This document shows positions 24,771 through 37,718 of a stretch of DNA of 64,000 bases, piece by piece; position 1 is the first letter of the stretch; every line of letters starts with the position of its first letter. Origin of the DNA: Zootoca vivipara (Eukaryota); assembly GCF_963506605.1 (NCBI RefSeq), contig NC_083288.1, forward strand, positions 45,942,001 through 46,006,000. The letters are read 5' to 3'. Position numbers and translations under genes: made by a program. Under the pieces are notes generated by a model. It had not been told where the DNA came from and did no database searches. It worked only from the letters and a program-made list of their open reading frames with translations.

Positions 24771-25457
24771 TTGTGATCTGAGAAAAGGTTTGGTAAGTTG
24801 TCTCCTTTATGCATCTCAGTAGCTAGCATCTTAGTCAACCAGATCTTATCTCCTATTGAGAAAGAGCAGGCAAAAATGTATAGGACAAATTCAAATATAT
24901 CCTGGAAATGTACAGAAAAAGAAGGTAACTATTATGATATGTGTTGGACTTGTAAGGTAATCAAACCTTCTTGGGAGATGATACATAATGAAATGGAAAA
25001 AAAATGTTTAAATTAAAATCAGTTAAGAAAAACCCAGAAGCCTTTTTATTTGGAATTACTGGTGTTTCTAAAGGCACTAGGCATTATAGATGAAAAACAC
25101 ATATGTTATATGTAACAAAATATGAATAAAGTTTGGTGAGAATTGGGACAGTTGTCTGTAGGGAATCAAGAGCAATCGGAGAAGATATTTCCACTCCTCT
25201 AAGATTCAATTGCTCATGTAGACTAGTGGGATTATAGAGCAACAGCTTCATACATTGTAGGCACATCTTCTGAATTTGAAAAAAAAATGATTCTATTCTC
25301 AGTGTGGTGACCAAGTTCCAGAAGGATACATTTCTCTTGGCATTTGCTGTAAATAAACTTAATTCAGTTAGATACAGGAATTACGTGGTTTGTAGCATAA
25401 ACTATTCCTGCATTGTAGACTCATATTCTGAATTAATGAAAGTAATACTATTGGCAG

Positions 25458-25749
25458 AGTCATTATCAAGTTTTACCAGCATGTTCTGGCTCTGGTGTTT
25501 GCCATAAATGACATCAACAAGAATCCCAAATTACTACCTAATGTGACATTTGGTTTCCACATCTGTGACACCTATTATGATGCAAGGATGAACTATCGCT
25601 CAACATTGGATCTGATCTTCAAGTCACATAACTTTCTCCCAAACTACAAATGTGCCACAGAGAAAAACCTCCTAGCCGTCATTGGAGGACTGGACTCTGA
25701 GACTTTTTTCCATTTGATGGATGTCTTAGCCCTATATAAGATACCACAG
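25458..25749 (+). pseudogene. Orphan V2R exon 2 with flanking intron sequence (25064-25930)
   Basis: 292-nt open exon ([23 protein letters not shown]...YKIPQ) with intact AG/GT. It has no exon 1 or exon 3 of its own. Confidence 0.9.
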
Positions 25750-26264
25750 GTAGGATATGTACATGGGTGCTGGTGGTAATATCATATCTTTCTGTATTTT
25801 TAACTTGGAATATTGTTCAGAAGAAATAACTAGTGACATTGAATTTGTTTCTTTTTGCAAACATAAAAGACCAGATGAAGAACCAAAAGGAAAAAAAACA
25901 TTTCAAAGATAACCCAGTATCTTTATGTTCATATCTTTATGTCAGTAGTGGCACCCACCCTGTGGAACACCGTCCTATCAGAGGTCAGAGAGATAAACAA
26001 CTACCTGACATTTAGAAAATACCTAAAGGCAGCCCTGTTTAGGGAAGTTTTTTAATCTGTGATATCTGATGTATTTTAATGTTTGTTGGAAGCCACCCAG
26101 AGTGGCAGGGGAAGCCCAGCCAGATGGGCGGGGTATAAATAATGATTACTACTACTACTACTACTACTACTACTATTGTGATCTGAGAAAAGCTTTGGTA
26201 AGTTGTCTCCTTTATGCATCTCAGTAGCTAGCATCTTAGTCAACCAGATTTTATCTCCTATTGA

Positions 26265-26935
26265 GAAAGAGCAGGAAAAAATGTATAGGACAAATTCAAA
26301 TATATCCTGGAAATGTACAGAAAAAGAAGGTAACGTTTATGATATGTGTTGGACTTGTAAGGTAATCAAAGCTTCTTGGGAGATGATATGTAATGAAATG
26401 GGAAAAAATGTTTAAAATAACCTCAGTTAAGAAAAACCCAGAAGCTTTTTGATTTGGAATTACTGGTACTGACATTCCAAAGGAGCAGAAAATACTTTTT
26501 ATGTATGGAATAACAGCTGCCCGGATGTTAATATCCCAGGGATGGAAAGAAGAGAAGTTCCCTATCCGAGAGGAATGGCAAACCAAGCTAATGGACTATT
26601 TTGAAATGGCAAAACAGACTGGAAAACTCCAAAACCAAGAGGACAAAAAACTTTATTAAAGAATGGGGAAAATTTATAAGTTATTTAGGAGACCATTGTA
26701 ATCAGATGGAAAGAATGGCAGGATTTTGATTTCACTTGTAGTGTAACAAATACCATGGACAATATGGATTGAGATAAAAGTTAGAGAATGGAAGAATATG
26801 CAGTTGTAAATGTTCAAAATGGGACCCCATGGAGGAGGTGGGGGGAAGTCACGTGATTCAGAGAAATCTTTGTATATGGATATATATTTGGATTTTTATA
26901 ACTCTGTATTTGTAAAACCAAATAAAAATGATTTC
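26265..26935 (+). mobile_element. Degenerate L1 3' end (also 24860-25063, 38705-39380, 48230-48870)
   Basis: WKCTEKEG..YDMCWTC and KKNPEAF...EEWQ remnants, AATAAA at the end. Confidence 0.8.
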
Positions 26936-27019
26936 ACAGAAAGAGACAGAGAGATAGAGAGAGCTGGGTCTCTCAGTGAGATATGTGAATCGCTTTGCAG
27001 CTCCATTTCTATATCTCTA

Positions 27020-28861
27020 CTAGCTGACCCGGCCACACGTTGCTGTGGTTCTTTCCTGTGATTCTCCCCCCCCCCTGTCATGATCCATGACGTATCCTGC
27101 CCCTCCTCCCTCCACCACGGCTCATCCCTGTGTTTCGGTAGGATACCCTTCCCTCTGTTGTCCCTGGGGAGTGTTGGCCCCTCCCCCCTGTATCTCCATA
27201 CCTTGGCCCCTACCCTTCGAAAAGGAACTGTTAGGTTCTGGGTTCCATTTCCCAGTATTTACTTTTGTCTGAGCCCTCTGTTGTCCCCTCCCCCCTGTGT
27301 CTCCCTACATTGGCCCCTGCGCACGCATTGTGAACATTTCTATATATTGCGATTAAGGATCGGGAGTGATGATGCGCCCTGGGACCCAGAGAACTACTTA
27401 AAGAATCCCAACCCGGGAAGGGGGGTCAAATAGCAAAGTCCCATAGCCCCGTAGCAACAGACAGGCCCAGACAGAAGGAGGGGGGTCATATGGGCCACTT
27501 GGCGCTGGCCTCCGAATCTAAAGGGGGCCTCGGTCAGCATATTCACAATCAGTAAAATGATAAAAGTGACAAAAGGGTTAAAAACAGGGCCACATTATCT
27601 ACCTGGCCCGGGCCCTGTAAGGGCCTGGCAACAGAAGGCACGTTCTGAAGTACCCAAGTTGTTCAGTTCCATAAAAAACCCAGGAAGTGGCAAGGGGAAG
27701 GTAGGGGATTGAAAAGGGGGGGGGAGCTGCAAATATCTGAGGACTTAAACTGGGGAGAGAAAATAAGACATAGCGATAGGCGCAGTTCTGGAGGGCCCCA
27801 AGGAAGAGGTAAGGCTGGACGCGTAATGAAAAATAAGACATCCCCTGAAAATACGCTACGTCAGCCCATGACCAATTTGGGCTCCTCCTCCCCCCACCTC
27901 CCACCCAGGGCTCCATTTGGGATAGTATTTAAAGGGCTGTAGACCTGAGGCCTAGTCTGTAAAATGGAGCCTTGGCCTCCTGTTTTACAGGATCTCGTGG
28001 CAGAGGCGGGGTTTGTGGCATAGCTGCCAAGTTATCCCCTTTTTTAAGGGATTTTCCCTTATGCTGAATAGGCTTCCTTGCGAGAAAAGGGTAAACTTGG
28101 CAGCTATGGTTTGTGGGTGTGGCGCGTTGTTGTGCCTAATCCCTGTGACTGCCCCCACGTGTCCCGATCCAAGATCTATTCAGTTTGTCCTCCCCCCCCC
28201 CTCCATGACCGGCGTATCTCATGACGTTTTGAAGGATGGTATTTATTTTTGTTATCTTGTGGATTTGGGGGGGGGGGGTAGTGTTGCTAAATGGTAAAGT
28301 AAAAACCCCTTGCCATTCAGGGGCCTACATAAATCAAAAGCCGTGCTGCATTATGTGCCACACCCCCCCCCAGGCAGGCCCCTACCTCCACTTGGAAATG
28401 TTGGTTTTTTGGTGGGGTTTTTTTGGTGGGGGTAGTGGTGCTAAAAGGTAAAGTAAAAACCCCTTGCCGTGCCCCCAAGTGTGTTGCTGTGGGTCCCCCC
28501 CCCAGGCCTGTCAGGGGCCTACATAAAACAAAAGCCTAGTGGTTGGTCTGATAATGCCCACCTTGGTGTTTCAGTTGCTTGGTTGATGATGATGTCATTT
28601 GGTTTGTGGATGTGGCTTAGATTTCACAGGAAGCGAGGGGGTGTACTGTGGGAGGAATTCCACTTGAGGGCGCTGTTTGACTTGGTGGAAAAGCAGGTCT
28701 AAACCTGCCGAGGTGTGTGATTTGAGGTCTTTCTTGTCCCCTGCAACCCTCGGGGAGTGGCCTGGATCGTTGTGTCAAAATTTCAGGACGATCGGTCAAG
28801 CGGTTATGGAGAACATAGCGGCCAACAATTTCAAGATTTTTACATTTTTATATAAATAAGA
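27020..28861 (-). mobile_element. Non-autonomous Helitron (1.84 kb)
   Basis: Minus strand runs TC...CTAG with a subterminal ccac/gtgg hairpin. Inserted between A and T with no TSD; empty site atctcta|tatgtc near 39457 and 49003. Confidence 0.9.
28019..28108. mobile_element. 90-bp hAT MITE nested in the Helitron
   Basis: 15-bp TIR catagctgccaagtt and 8-bp TSD gtttgtgg. Confidence 0.92.
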
Positions 28862-30043
28862 TATGCCAACAATTTCCACATTATCCATAATTTCAACGAA
28901 AACCTTACTGTAGGTAGTTTACCTTGGAAAACTTTAATATTTTCCCCTAGAGCTCTGTCCTGTATTGGAGAGACCACTCCATTCCAGTCTCCCATAAGGC
29001 AGCCATTTTCATATGAAAAGCCCAGCAACCTGACCATAAGTCCTTCATAAAATATAGATTTCTCTCCATTTGGTGCATATATGTCTACAACCAAAGTTTT
29101 ATTCCCTGGGATATTAACTCCCACCCCAACATTCACCATTTTAATGAATCAATCAATTTTATTGTATATAGACCAAAGGCCTTTACAACAGACAATAGGG
29201 AATAAAATGAGGTGTTTTTTTATATAATGTAAAATCATACAATGTAACCTGTAGCAGTTTACAACATAAAAAGAAATTTACAAGGTTAAAACTTAAGATT
29301 GGAGTATATTCACACAGCTACATATCTACCTTAGTTTGGAGTAAAAGTTGGAATGCATAAATAGAAAAACTCCATCCTCCCCCCTCTCCAATCAGTCCTG
29401 CAGAGATAAATTCCTCACATGGCAACCCATAAAAATTAAAATCTTAAAAACTAATCTGTTGCTGTATATTGCCTAAAGAACATCAATCCACTTACAGTTA
29501 AAAAATAAATATATGCTTATTTCAGTACAGTATGAAGAAATCATTGAATGTAATAATTAGCCATACATGAGGTAGAAATTACACTTTTTGATTCATATGA
29601 AAAACTACTTGTTCAGTCAGGCATGATATTTTTGATCATGCAAATCTGGAGTCAAGGTCCCATATCTCATCTGCTTGGGGACCAGAGAAGACTTATGCTC
29701 ACAAATGGAAGACAAGAACCAACATGTTTCCTACAATAAGAGTCACTTGGCATCAAAACACTGAGAAAGTAATTTCCCCTCTCACACACAAAGTTATCCA
29801 CAGCACCATCATTTGCTCAGGTGGTCAAAGCTCCAGAGACTTACAAAAGGGTATGAAAAAAAGAATCAGTAAGTAAGTCTGAAAGTGATGATAAATTAAC
29901 ACCAGTGCCATGGGAAGTTGGGATTAAATGCAAGAGGCAAGCAGGGACATCTCTGACAATTTTCTCCTATTGCCTTGTCAAAGCTAGTTAGAAGGAAATA
30001 GGTGCAGGACAGCTTATATTTAGACAGAAACTTTGAGGAAAGC

Positions 30044-33000
30044 ATGTTAGGAAAAACAATGTTTCTTCTTCTTCTGCCTTCTACTGTGTCCAAAGTAGAT
30101 CCCATGACATGTCACACAAGTGATCCCCTACCTATACCACATGAATGGTACCAGCCAGGGGGTCTCCTCATTGGTGGGATTACTTCTCAGATCGTGTACT
30201 TTTCCCATGAAATTCTGTTCAAGGAACAGCCTTCCCAGAATCACTTTGACATTCCACAGTAAGGATCGTCTTTGCCAAATCTGTTAAGTTGCTTATATTT
30301 TGTAAATGTAGAGGAAATATGGGGTAGTATCCAATATTGTAAAGATATGTGAAAGGGGAAATGTAAAAATAGTAAAAGAAATAATCTTTATGTATATACC
30401 TTCTGCACTAGGTAGAGGTGAAGCATATTATTATATTATTTTCAAGATATCACAGTGTTTCTAAAGGCACTAGGCATTATAGATGAAAAACACATATGTT
30501 ATATGTAACAAAATATAAATAAGGATTGGTGAGATTTGGAACAGTTGTTGGTAGGGAATCAAGAGCAATCAGAGAAGATATTTCCACTCCTGTAAGATTC
30601 AATTGCTCATGTAGACTAGTGGGATTATAGAGCAACAGCTTCATACATTGTAGGCACATCTTCGGAATTAGAAAAAAAAATGATTCTATTCTCAGTGTGG
30701 TGAATGAGTTCCAGCAGGATACATTTCTCTTGGCTTTTGCTGTAAATAAACTTAATGTAGAAGAAATATGGGGTATAATGCTGTAATGATTTGTGAATGA
30801 TTTATGTATATTCATCGTGCATTAGGATAGAGCTGAAGATTATGGTTATATTATTCTCAATAATATATTGAGTTTCTAAAGGTACTAGGCATGATCGATG
30901 ACAACCCCATATGTTATATGAAACACAATATAAATAAAGGTTGGCTGGGGAAATCATGACAATGCAGGGGATCAGGAGCAATTGGGGAAAAACTTCCACT
31001 ACTGTAAGATTCAATTGCTCATGTAGACTCGTTGGATTATAGAGCAACAGCTTCATACATTGTAGGCACATCTTCTGAATTAGAAATATTATTCCATTCT
31101 CAGTGTGGTGACCAAGTTTTAGCAGGATGGATTTCCCTTGGCTTTTGCTGTAAATAAACTTAATTCAGTTAGATACAGGAATTACGTGGTTTGTAGCATA
31201 AACTATTCCTGCATTGTAGACTCATTTCTGAATTAATGAAAGTAATACTATTGGCAGAGTCATTATCAAGTTTTACCAGCATGTCCTGGCCCTGGTGTTT
31301 GCCATAAATGACATCAACAAGAATCCCAAATTACTACCTAATGTGACACTTGGTTTCCACATCTGTGACACCTATAATGATGCAAGGATGAACTATCGCA
31401 CCACACTGGATCTGATCTTCAAGTCACATAGCTTTCTCCCAAACTACAAATGTGCCACAGAGAAAAACCTCCTAGCCGTCATTGGAGGACTGGGCTCTGA
31501 GACTTCATTCCATTTGATGGATGTCTTAGCCCTATATAAGATACCACAGGTAGGATATGTGCTTGGGTGCTGGTGGTAATATCATATCTTTCTGTATTTA
31601 TAACTTGGAATATTGTTCAGAAGAAATAACTAGTGACATTGAATTTGTTTCTTTTTGCAAACATAAAAGACCACATGAAGACCCCCCCCAAATAAAAGAC
31701 ATTTCAAAGATAACACAGTATCTTTATGTTTTCTTAAAGCTTACATATGACTCATTTGCCATAGTTGAGACCAAAATAATGGAAGTTCCTCCCTTTTACC
31801 GCATGGTCCCACACGAAAACCTTCAGTATATGGGAATTATATGGTTACTTCAGCATTTCAGGTGGACCTGGGTTGGGCTCTTTGTTGTAGATGATAACAG
31901 TGGAGAGCAATTCCTAAAAATACTGGAACCATTGTTTTCCAGAAATGGAATCTGTTCAGCCATCATCAAAAGAATCCCACAAAAAATTCGTATGCAGGAT
32001 TACATAAACCAGTTTTATGATTCCAGTACAATTAACTTGTCTTTCCAAGATTGTAAAACTGGGACAATTATAATGTATGGAGAATCATTACTAATTTTGC
32101 GGATGATAGCTCTTATACTTTCACAAGATTCAGAAAATATGAAAAAACCATTATTTGGAAAGGTGTGGATTTTGACAACCCGGACAGATTTTATACTAAC
32201 AGGTGCCACAAGAATATGGGATTTCCAGATGTTCCAAGGTGCTATTTTATTTTCTATTCACACAAAAGAGGTTCCAGGTTTCAGGGAATTTCTTCAGAAT
32301 ATAAACCCTACCAAGTCAGAAAGAGATGGTTTCATTAAAATTTTCTGGGAGCAAGCATTTGATTGTACCTTTCCAGAACCAGGTATGCCTGTGATGGACG
32401 ATGACATTTGCACTGGAGAGGAGAGGCTGGAGAGTCTCCCTGCAGGTCTTTTTGAAATGCACATGACTGGACACAGTTACAGTATCTATAATGCTGTTTA
32501 TGCTTTGGCCCATGCTTTGGACATTGCTAGATCCAAACCAAAATCAAAGGCAGTTGGTAACAGTGTCAAACTTCAGTCTCTGGAGCCTTGGCAGGTAATG
32601 TCTCCTCAAGAAATACTTTGTATTTCAATGAACAGTTTGGACAGGGTGAAAATAGATTAATTTTTGTCCTGTTTGCATCAATAATGACACTTGTATATAT
32701 ATTCTCAATTAAAAAATGGGGTTTACATTTCCTTTCTATGAATGAAAATTTAAAGGAAGGCCATTCTGAAATCTTCAGCATGCTGTTATTCTGTTTTGAT
32801 TTCCTTCCTTTTTTCCCAAATAGCTCCACCAGTTTCTTCAAGCCATCTCATTTAACAATTCAGCTGGAGAAACCATGTCCTTTGATGATCAATGGGAAAT
32901 GAGTGGTGGATTTGACATCATGAACCTGGTCACCTTCCCCAACAATTCCTTTCAGAGAATAAAAGTTGGAAACATTTCTACTTATGTTCCTGAAGGGAAA

Positions 33001-33899
33001 GTATTCACCATTAGAGAGGATAAAATTGTGTGGCACAGATATTTTAATGAGGTATTTTTTCTGGCTCTATCCTGGAGAACCCATTGTATTGAATTATGAA
33101 GTATGGTGTAATCTTTTCTCCACAACCTGATATGGCAACGGCACATGAAGCTCTAGAGTGAATTCTATTTTTCCTTTCACATTCAGAAATCAGATATGGT
33201 TTTAGGACAGCGAAAATTATTACTCCCACACCGGGCACAAAGCAGAGAGGGCTCCCAGTAAGCACTTGCCCAGCTATGGGAAGGTTGATGCTCTTTCCCC
33301 TCCTTAGCCTGTTGATGCTCTTTCCCCTCCTTCACTCTTGGGTGTGTGGGTATTATGCTGTCATGTCTTCTGGGCTCCATTTGACATTATGGCTAATGCC
33401 AGTATCAATACATTTTATATAGGTTCTTCTTATCCCTGTGATTCACCCCTCCCTGTCCTGATCCATGACCTATTCTGTTCTCTACCCCCCCCCCAGCTCA
33501 TCCCTGTGACTTCCCCATATCTGTCCCAACCTATGACCTATTATGCCCCCTCCTCCCCCTACCCTGGGTTATCCCTGTGATTTTCCCCACCCTGTGTCAA
33601 TCCATGACGTTTACCGCCCCCTCCTCCCCACCCCCGGCTTATCCCTGTGATTCCCCCCTTCCTGTACCTCCATTCGGCCTAGTCTGTAAAGGCTTCAGCC
33701 TAGTATGTAAGTGGGAGCTGAGGTGTTGAGTGTATGTACTGAAACATGGGGTTTCGTGGGTCTTACCTGGCATAGGCAATGCATCTGTCTTAGCACACTT
33801 CATAAGATCCCTCAGATATTTGCTTGGGACATTGTGTCTGAATTTGAACAAAATCGGTCAAGCAGTTTCGGAAAAAAGTGGAGACCCACCCACATGCTC

Positions 33900-33947
<48 letters not shown>

Positions 33948-34635
33948 GTCCTTGCAATTCAACAGTTCTATAATCTGCTAGCTGGCCCTGCCACGCGTTG
34001 CTGTAGCTTATCCGTGTGATTTCTCCCACCCTCTGCTGATCCACAATGTGCCGTGCCCCCTCCTCCTGCCACCCCCCGCTTAGGCCTGTGATTCTCCCCT
34101 CCCTGTCCCGATCCATGACCTATTCTGTTACCTCCCCCCTGGATCATCCCTGTGACTCCCCCAAATCTCTCCCGACCTATGAACTATTATGCCCCCTCCT
34201 CCCCCTACCCCGGGTTATCCTTGTGATTTCCCCCACCCTGTGTCAATCCATGACGTTTACTGCCCCCTCCTCCCCACCCCCCGCTTATCCCTCTAATTCC
34301 CCCCTCCCTGTACCTTCATTCGGCCTAGTTTGTAAAGGCTTCAGCCTAGTATGTAAGTGGGAGCTGAGGTGTTGAGTGGGAAGGTTTTATAGGTGCAGTA
34401 CCTGTGTACCTCTTTTGCAATCTCTTGTGGCTTCTTTTTCCCAGCATGCACTTTCGTCTGAGTTGTGTGTTCTGAAACACAGGGTTTTGGGGGTCAAACC
34501 TGGCGTAGGCGATGCATCTGTCTTAGCAAACTTTATAAGATCCTTGGGACATTCACTAGGAACATTGTGTCCAAATTTGAACGCAATCGGTCAAGCGGTT
34601 TTGGAGAAAAGTGGAGACCCACCCACATGCCATTT

Positions 34636-34684
<49 letters not shown>

Positions 34685-37600
34685 CTCATTACAGTGTATT
34701 TGCATTTTAGATGTGAAAGAGTTGGAGCTCAATTGTAGAACATATGTTTTCCATGCAAAGGGTCCCATGTTCAGTCTTTAGCATCTCCAGGAATGACTGA
34801 GGGAAAACCCTGCCTGAAATTCTAGAGAACTGCCGGCGCAAAGTTTCAACATTATTGTGTCAATGGTCTGAGATACTATCTGACAACGCTGTAATGTCAT
34901 CTGTGTTTCTGCTCTTTAAAAAACAAATCATATTCCACTTAACTGCAATAGTTTCTAAGTGTCAGGTAGGTAGCCGTGTTGGTCTGAGTCGAAGCAAAAT
35001 AAAAAAAATTCCTTCAGTAGCACCTGAAAGACCAACTAAGTTTTTATTTTGGTATGAGCTTTCGTGTGCATGCACACTTCTTCAGATACACTTGAAACAG
35101 AAGTGTCAGACCCTTATACAGAGGGTGGTGGGGGTGGGTGGGAATGGGTGATGGCAGACAGCCACCCAATCTTAAACAACTCCTCACCCACAATAATACA
35201 ACCACCAGACTTAACATGGACACTGGTACCAGAGCCTGCAATAAACCCAGATGCCTACTTTGCTGCCACATACACCCGGACAACATCATTACTGGCCCCA
35301 ACAACATCCAACATACCATCTCAGGACTATTTAATTGCTCATCTTCCAACATTGTGTATGCCATCAAAAGCCAACAGTGCCCTTCAGCTCTCTATATTGG
35401 ACAAACAGGCCAGACCCTATGCCAAAGGATAAATGAACATAAATCTGACATCAGGAACCATAAGACAGAGAAACCAGTAGGAGAACACTTCAATCTCCCA
35501 GAACATTCTATACAAGATCTCAAAGCAGCTGTTTACAGAGAAATTTCAGGAACAGACTGGAAAGAGAAGTTGCTGAATTGGAACTCATTTAAAAGCTTAA
35601 AACCATGGAGCCACCTGGGATGAATAAAGGCATCGGATTCTTATCTCATTATGCATGATCAAGCTTTCTTTAGCGCCTCAGCCCTTGCTCCCCCCCCAGA
35701 ACTAATTGCAGTAACCAGCAGTCGTTAACAGCCATCTACAGGTTTACCACTCCCATCAGCCCATCACCCATTCCCACCCACCCCCACCACCCTCTGTGTA
35801 TATATATAAGGGTCTGACACTTCCGTTTCCAGTGTATCTGAAGAAGTGTGCATGCACACGAAAGCTCATACCAAAATAAAAACTTAGTTGGTCTTTAAGG
35901 CGCTACTGAAGGAATTTTTTTATTTAGTTAATAAGTGGTTTACCAAGATATCATACAAAAAGAATCAGTGCATACTATAAAATCAACCACATTAGCAAGA
36001 CCACTGGAATCAAACAAGAACAACTCTATGTGTTGGAAGTTCAAAAGGGGCATTATGGGAATTCTGCTACTAGTAAAAAACACACTCGGTCATGGCAGGA
36101 TGGAATAAAGTAGAATCAGGAATAAATGGGGGGGGGAGCGGGAAATGAAATATTGGCTATTCAAGTTCTGCCAGATCATAGTACCATCCTCTGACATTTA
36201 AGGTCGCCCTGATGACAATCATGATAAGAACAAAAGCTTGAATCTGTATTACATTCAACATGATTTTGTCATTCCTGCATGTATTCTCCTGTACAATTTC
36301 AGGCAACATACCTACAGGCACATCTATGAGATCTGCCATGATAATGACAATTTCACATGAGCCAACAGGAGAGGAGAAAGAGAATACATTTTACTGTACC
36401 TCAATCAAGTTACACTGGCAGAAACATCCTGCACATACCATAGATAATTTTTTTTCATTTGAATGTGCTGTACGGCTGTCTCCATTGTTATGGTACTTCA
36501 TCAGTAAGTGAGAAATATTTTTTTTTTCCAATAAACAAATTCTTTAAACAAAAACCAAAACCAAAAATGTATATGAACAGGTGGTTCCCCTTTCTCTGTG
36601 TAATGAATGTTGGCACCCTGGTCATCAGAAGAAAAGGAAGGAGGGTGAGAAGTTTTGCTGCTATGATTGTGCTCCATGTCCAGATGGGAAAATTTCCAAC
36701 GAAACTGGTAGGTCATGTCATCTTGCAAAGGGTAACAATAATTTGCTGTATTCAATGAATGGTCAGTAAGTTGAATCTCCCCCACCCCACCCCACCCCAC
36801 CCCACCCATATTTCAGATATGGAAGACTGTTTCAAATGCCCAGAAAAAGAGTATCCAAGCAAGAATAGAAGTCAATGCCACCCCAAAATCATACATTTTT
36901 TGTCTTATGAAGAACCTTTAGGCAAAGGCTTAGCTTCAGCTACGGCTTCTTTTTCTTTCATCACAACCTTGGTGTTTGCTACCTTCATTAAGCATAGAGA
37001 TACCCCCATTGTCAAAGCCAACAACCGGGACCTCACCTACATTCTCCTGGTCTCCCTCCTGCTCTGCTTCCTCTCTTCATTGTTATTCCTTGGCCAACCT
37101 GGGAAAGTGACCTGCCTTCTCCGACAACCAACGTTTGGAATCATTTTCTCAGTGGCTGTTTCTTGCATGTTGGCCAAGACCACCATTGTTTCTCTAGCAT
37201 TCATGGCCACAGAACCAGGATCAGGAGTGAAGAAATGGATGGGGAAGAAAGTGTCATATTCAATTGCTGTTTCCTGTTCACTTGTTCAAATGGGTTTTTG
37301 CACAGTGTGGCTCTCAACCTTTCCCCCATTCCCTGATTTAGACCTGCATTCAGTGAATGAAGAAATCATTGTACAGTGTAATGAAGGGTCTGTCACCATG
37401 TTTTATTGTGTCTTGGGTTACATGGGTCTCCTGGCCACCAGCAGCTTCATTGTGGCATTCCTTGCCCGCAAGTTACCTGACAGTTTTAATGAAGCAAAAT
37501 TCATTACATTCAGCATGTTAGCATTTTGCAGTGTTTGGCTGTCCTTTGTTCCAACTTACCTGAGCACCAGAGGGAAAGGCATGGTGGCTGTGGAGATCTT

Positions 37601-37718
37601 CTCCATCTTGACATCCAGTGCTGTGCTTCTGGGATGCATCTTTTTCCCTAAGTGCTACATCATTTTGCTGAGGCCTGAACTGAACAGCAGGGAGCAGATA
37701 ATGAGGAGACAGCATTGA
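30044..37718 (+). CDS. V2R gene D, complete, ~872 aa: exons 30044-30258, 31258-31549, 31740-32594, 32824-33051, 36581-36707, 36817-37718
   Basis: Close paralog of C. Exon 3 is 9 nt shorter (855 nt). Frame is intact. Confidence 0.94.
33429..33945 (-). mobile_element. Truncated second Helitron copy in gene D intron 4
   Basis: Same minisatellite and body, ends in (CA)n, lacks the CTAG terminus. Confidence 0.75.
33978..34680 (-). mobile_element. Non-autonomous Helitron in gene D intron 4
   Basis: ctagctggccctgccacgcgttgct terminus matches the 27020 element; internal C-rich ttatccctgtga minisatellite; (TA)n at the other end; absent from C and F. Confidence 0.82.
35052..35089 (-). ncRNA. Second hammerhead motif, inverted copy
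   Basis: Exact reverse complement of 35834-35871. Confidence 0.8.
35834..35871 (+). ncRNA. Minimal hammerhead ribozyme motif (Penelope type)
   Basis: gtat-CTGAAGA-a-gtgtgcatgcacac-GAAA-gc-TC-atac: stem I, catalytic core, palindromic stem II, vestigial palindromic stem III. Confidence 0.8.

Larger units (their letters stand above)
34962..35931 (+). mobile_element. Penelope-like element fragment (GIY-YIG endonuclease) with inverted terminal pLTR copies, in intron 4 of gene D
   Basis: ORF 35138-35623: CNKPRCLLC...[19 protein letters not shown]...RINEH...VGEHFN. Arms 34997-35154 and 35761-35925 are inverted copies. Flanking direct repeat taagtg. Site is empty in C, E and F. Confidence 0.93.

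Noticed and set aside
27229-28002. Possible TG...CA LTR inside the Helitron
   Set aside because: No TSD, and part of the segment resembles the other Helitron bodies.
31557-31739. N-terminal extensions of the exon-3 ORFs (367 and 365 aa in the ORF track)
   Set aside because: Chance read-through into intron 2; proper acceptors exist at 31740 and 41903.
33429-34310. Regularly recurring ttatccctgtga units that look like a CRISPR array
   Set aside because: Degenerate minisatellite inside a Helitron; the spacers resemble each other, the context is eukaryotic and there are no cas genes.
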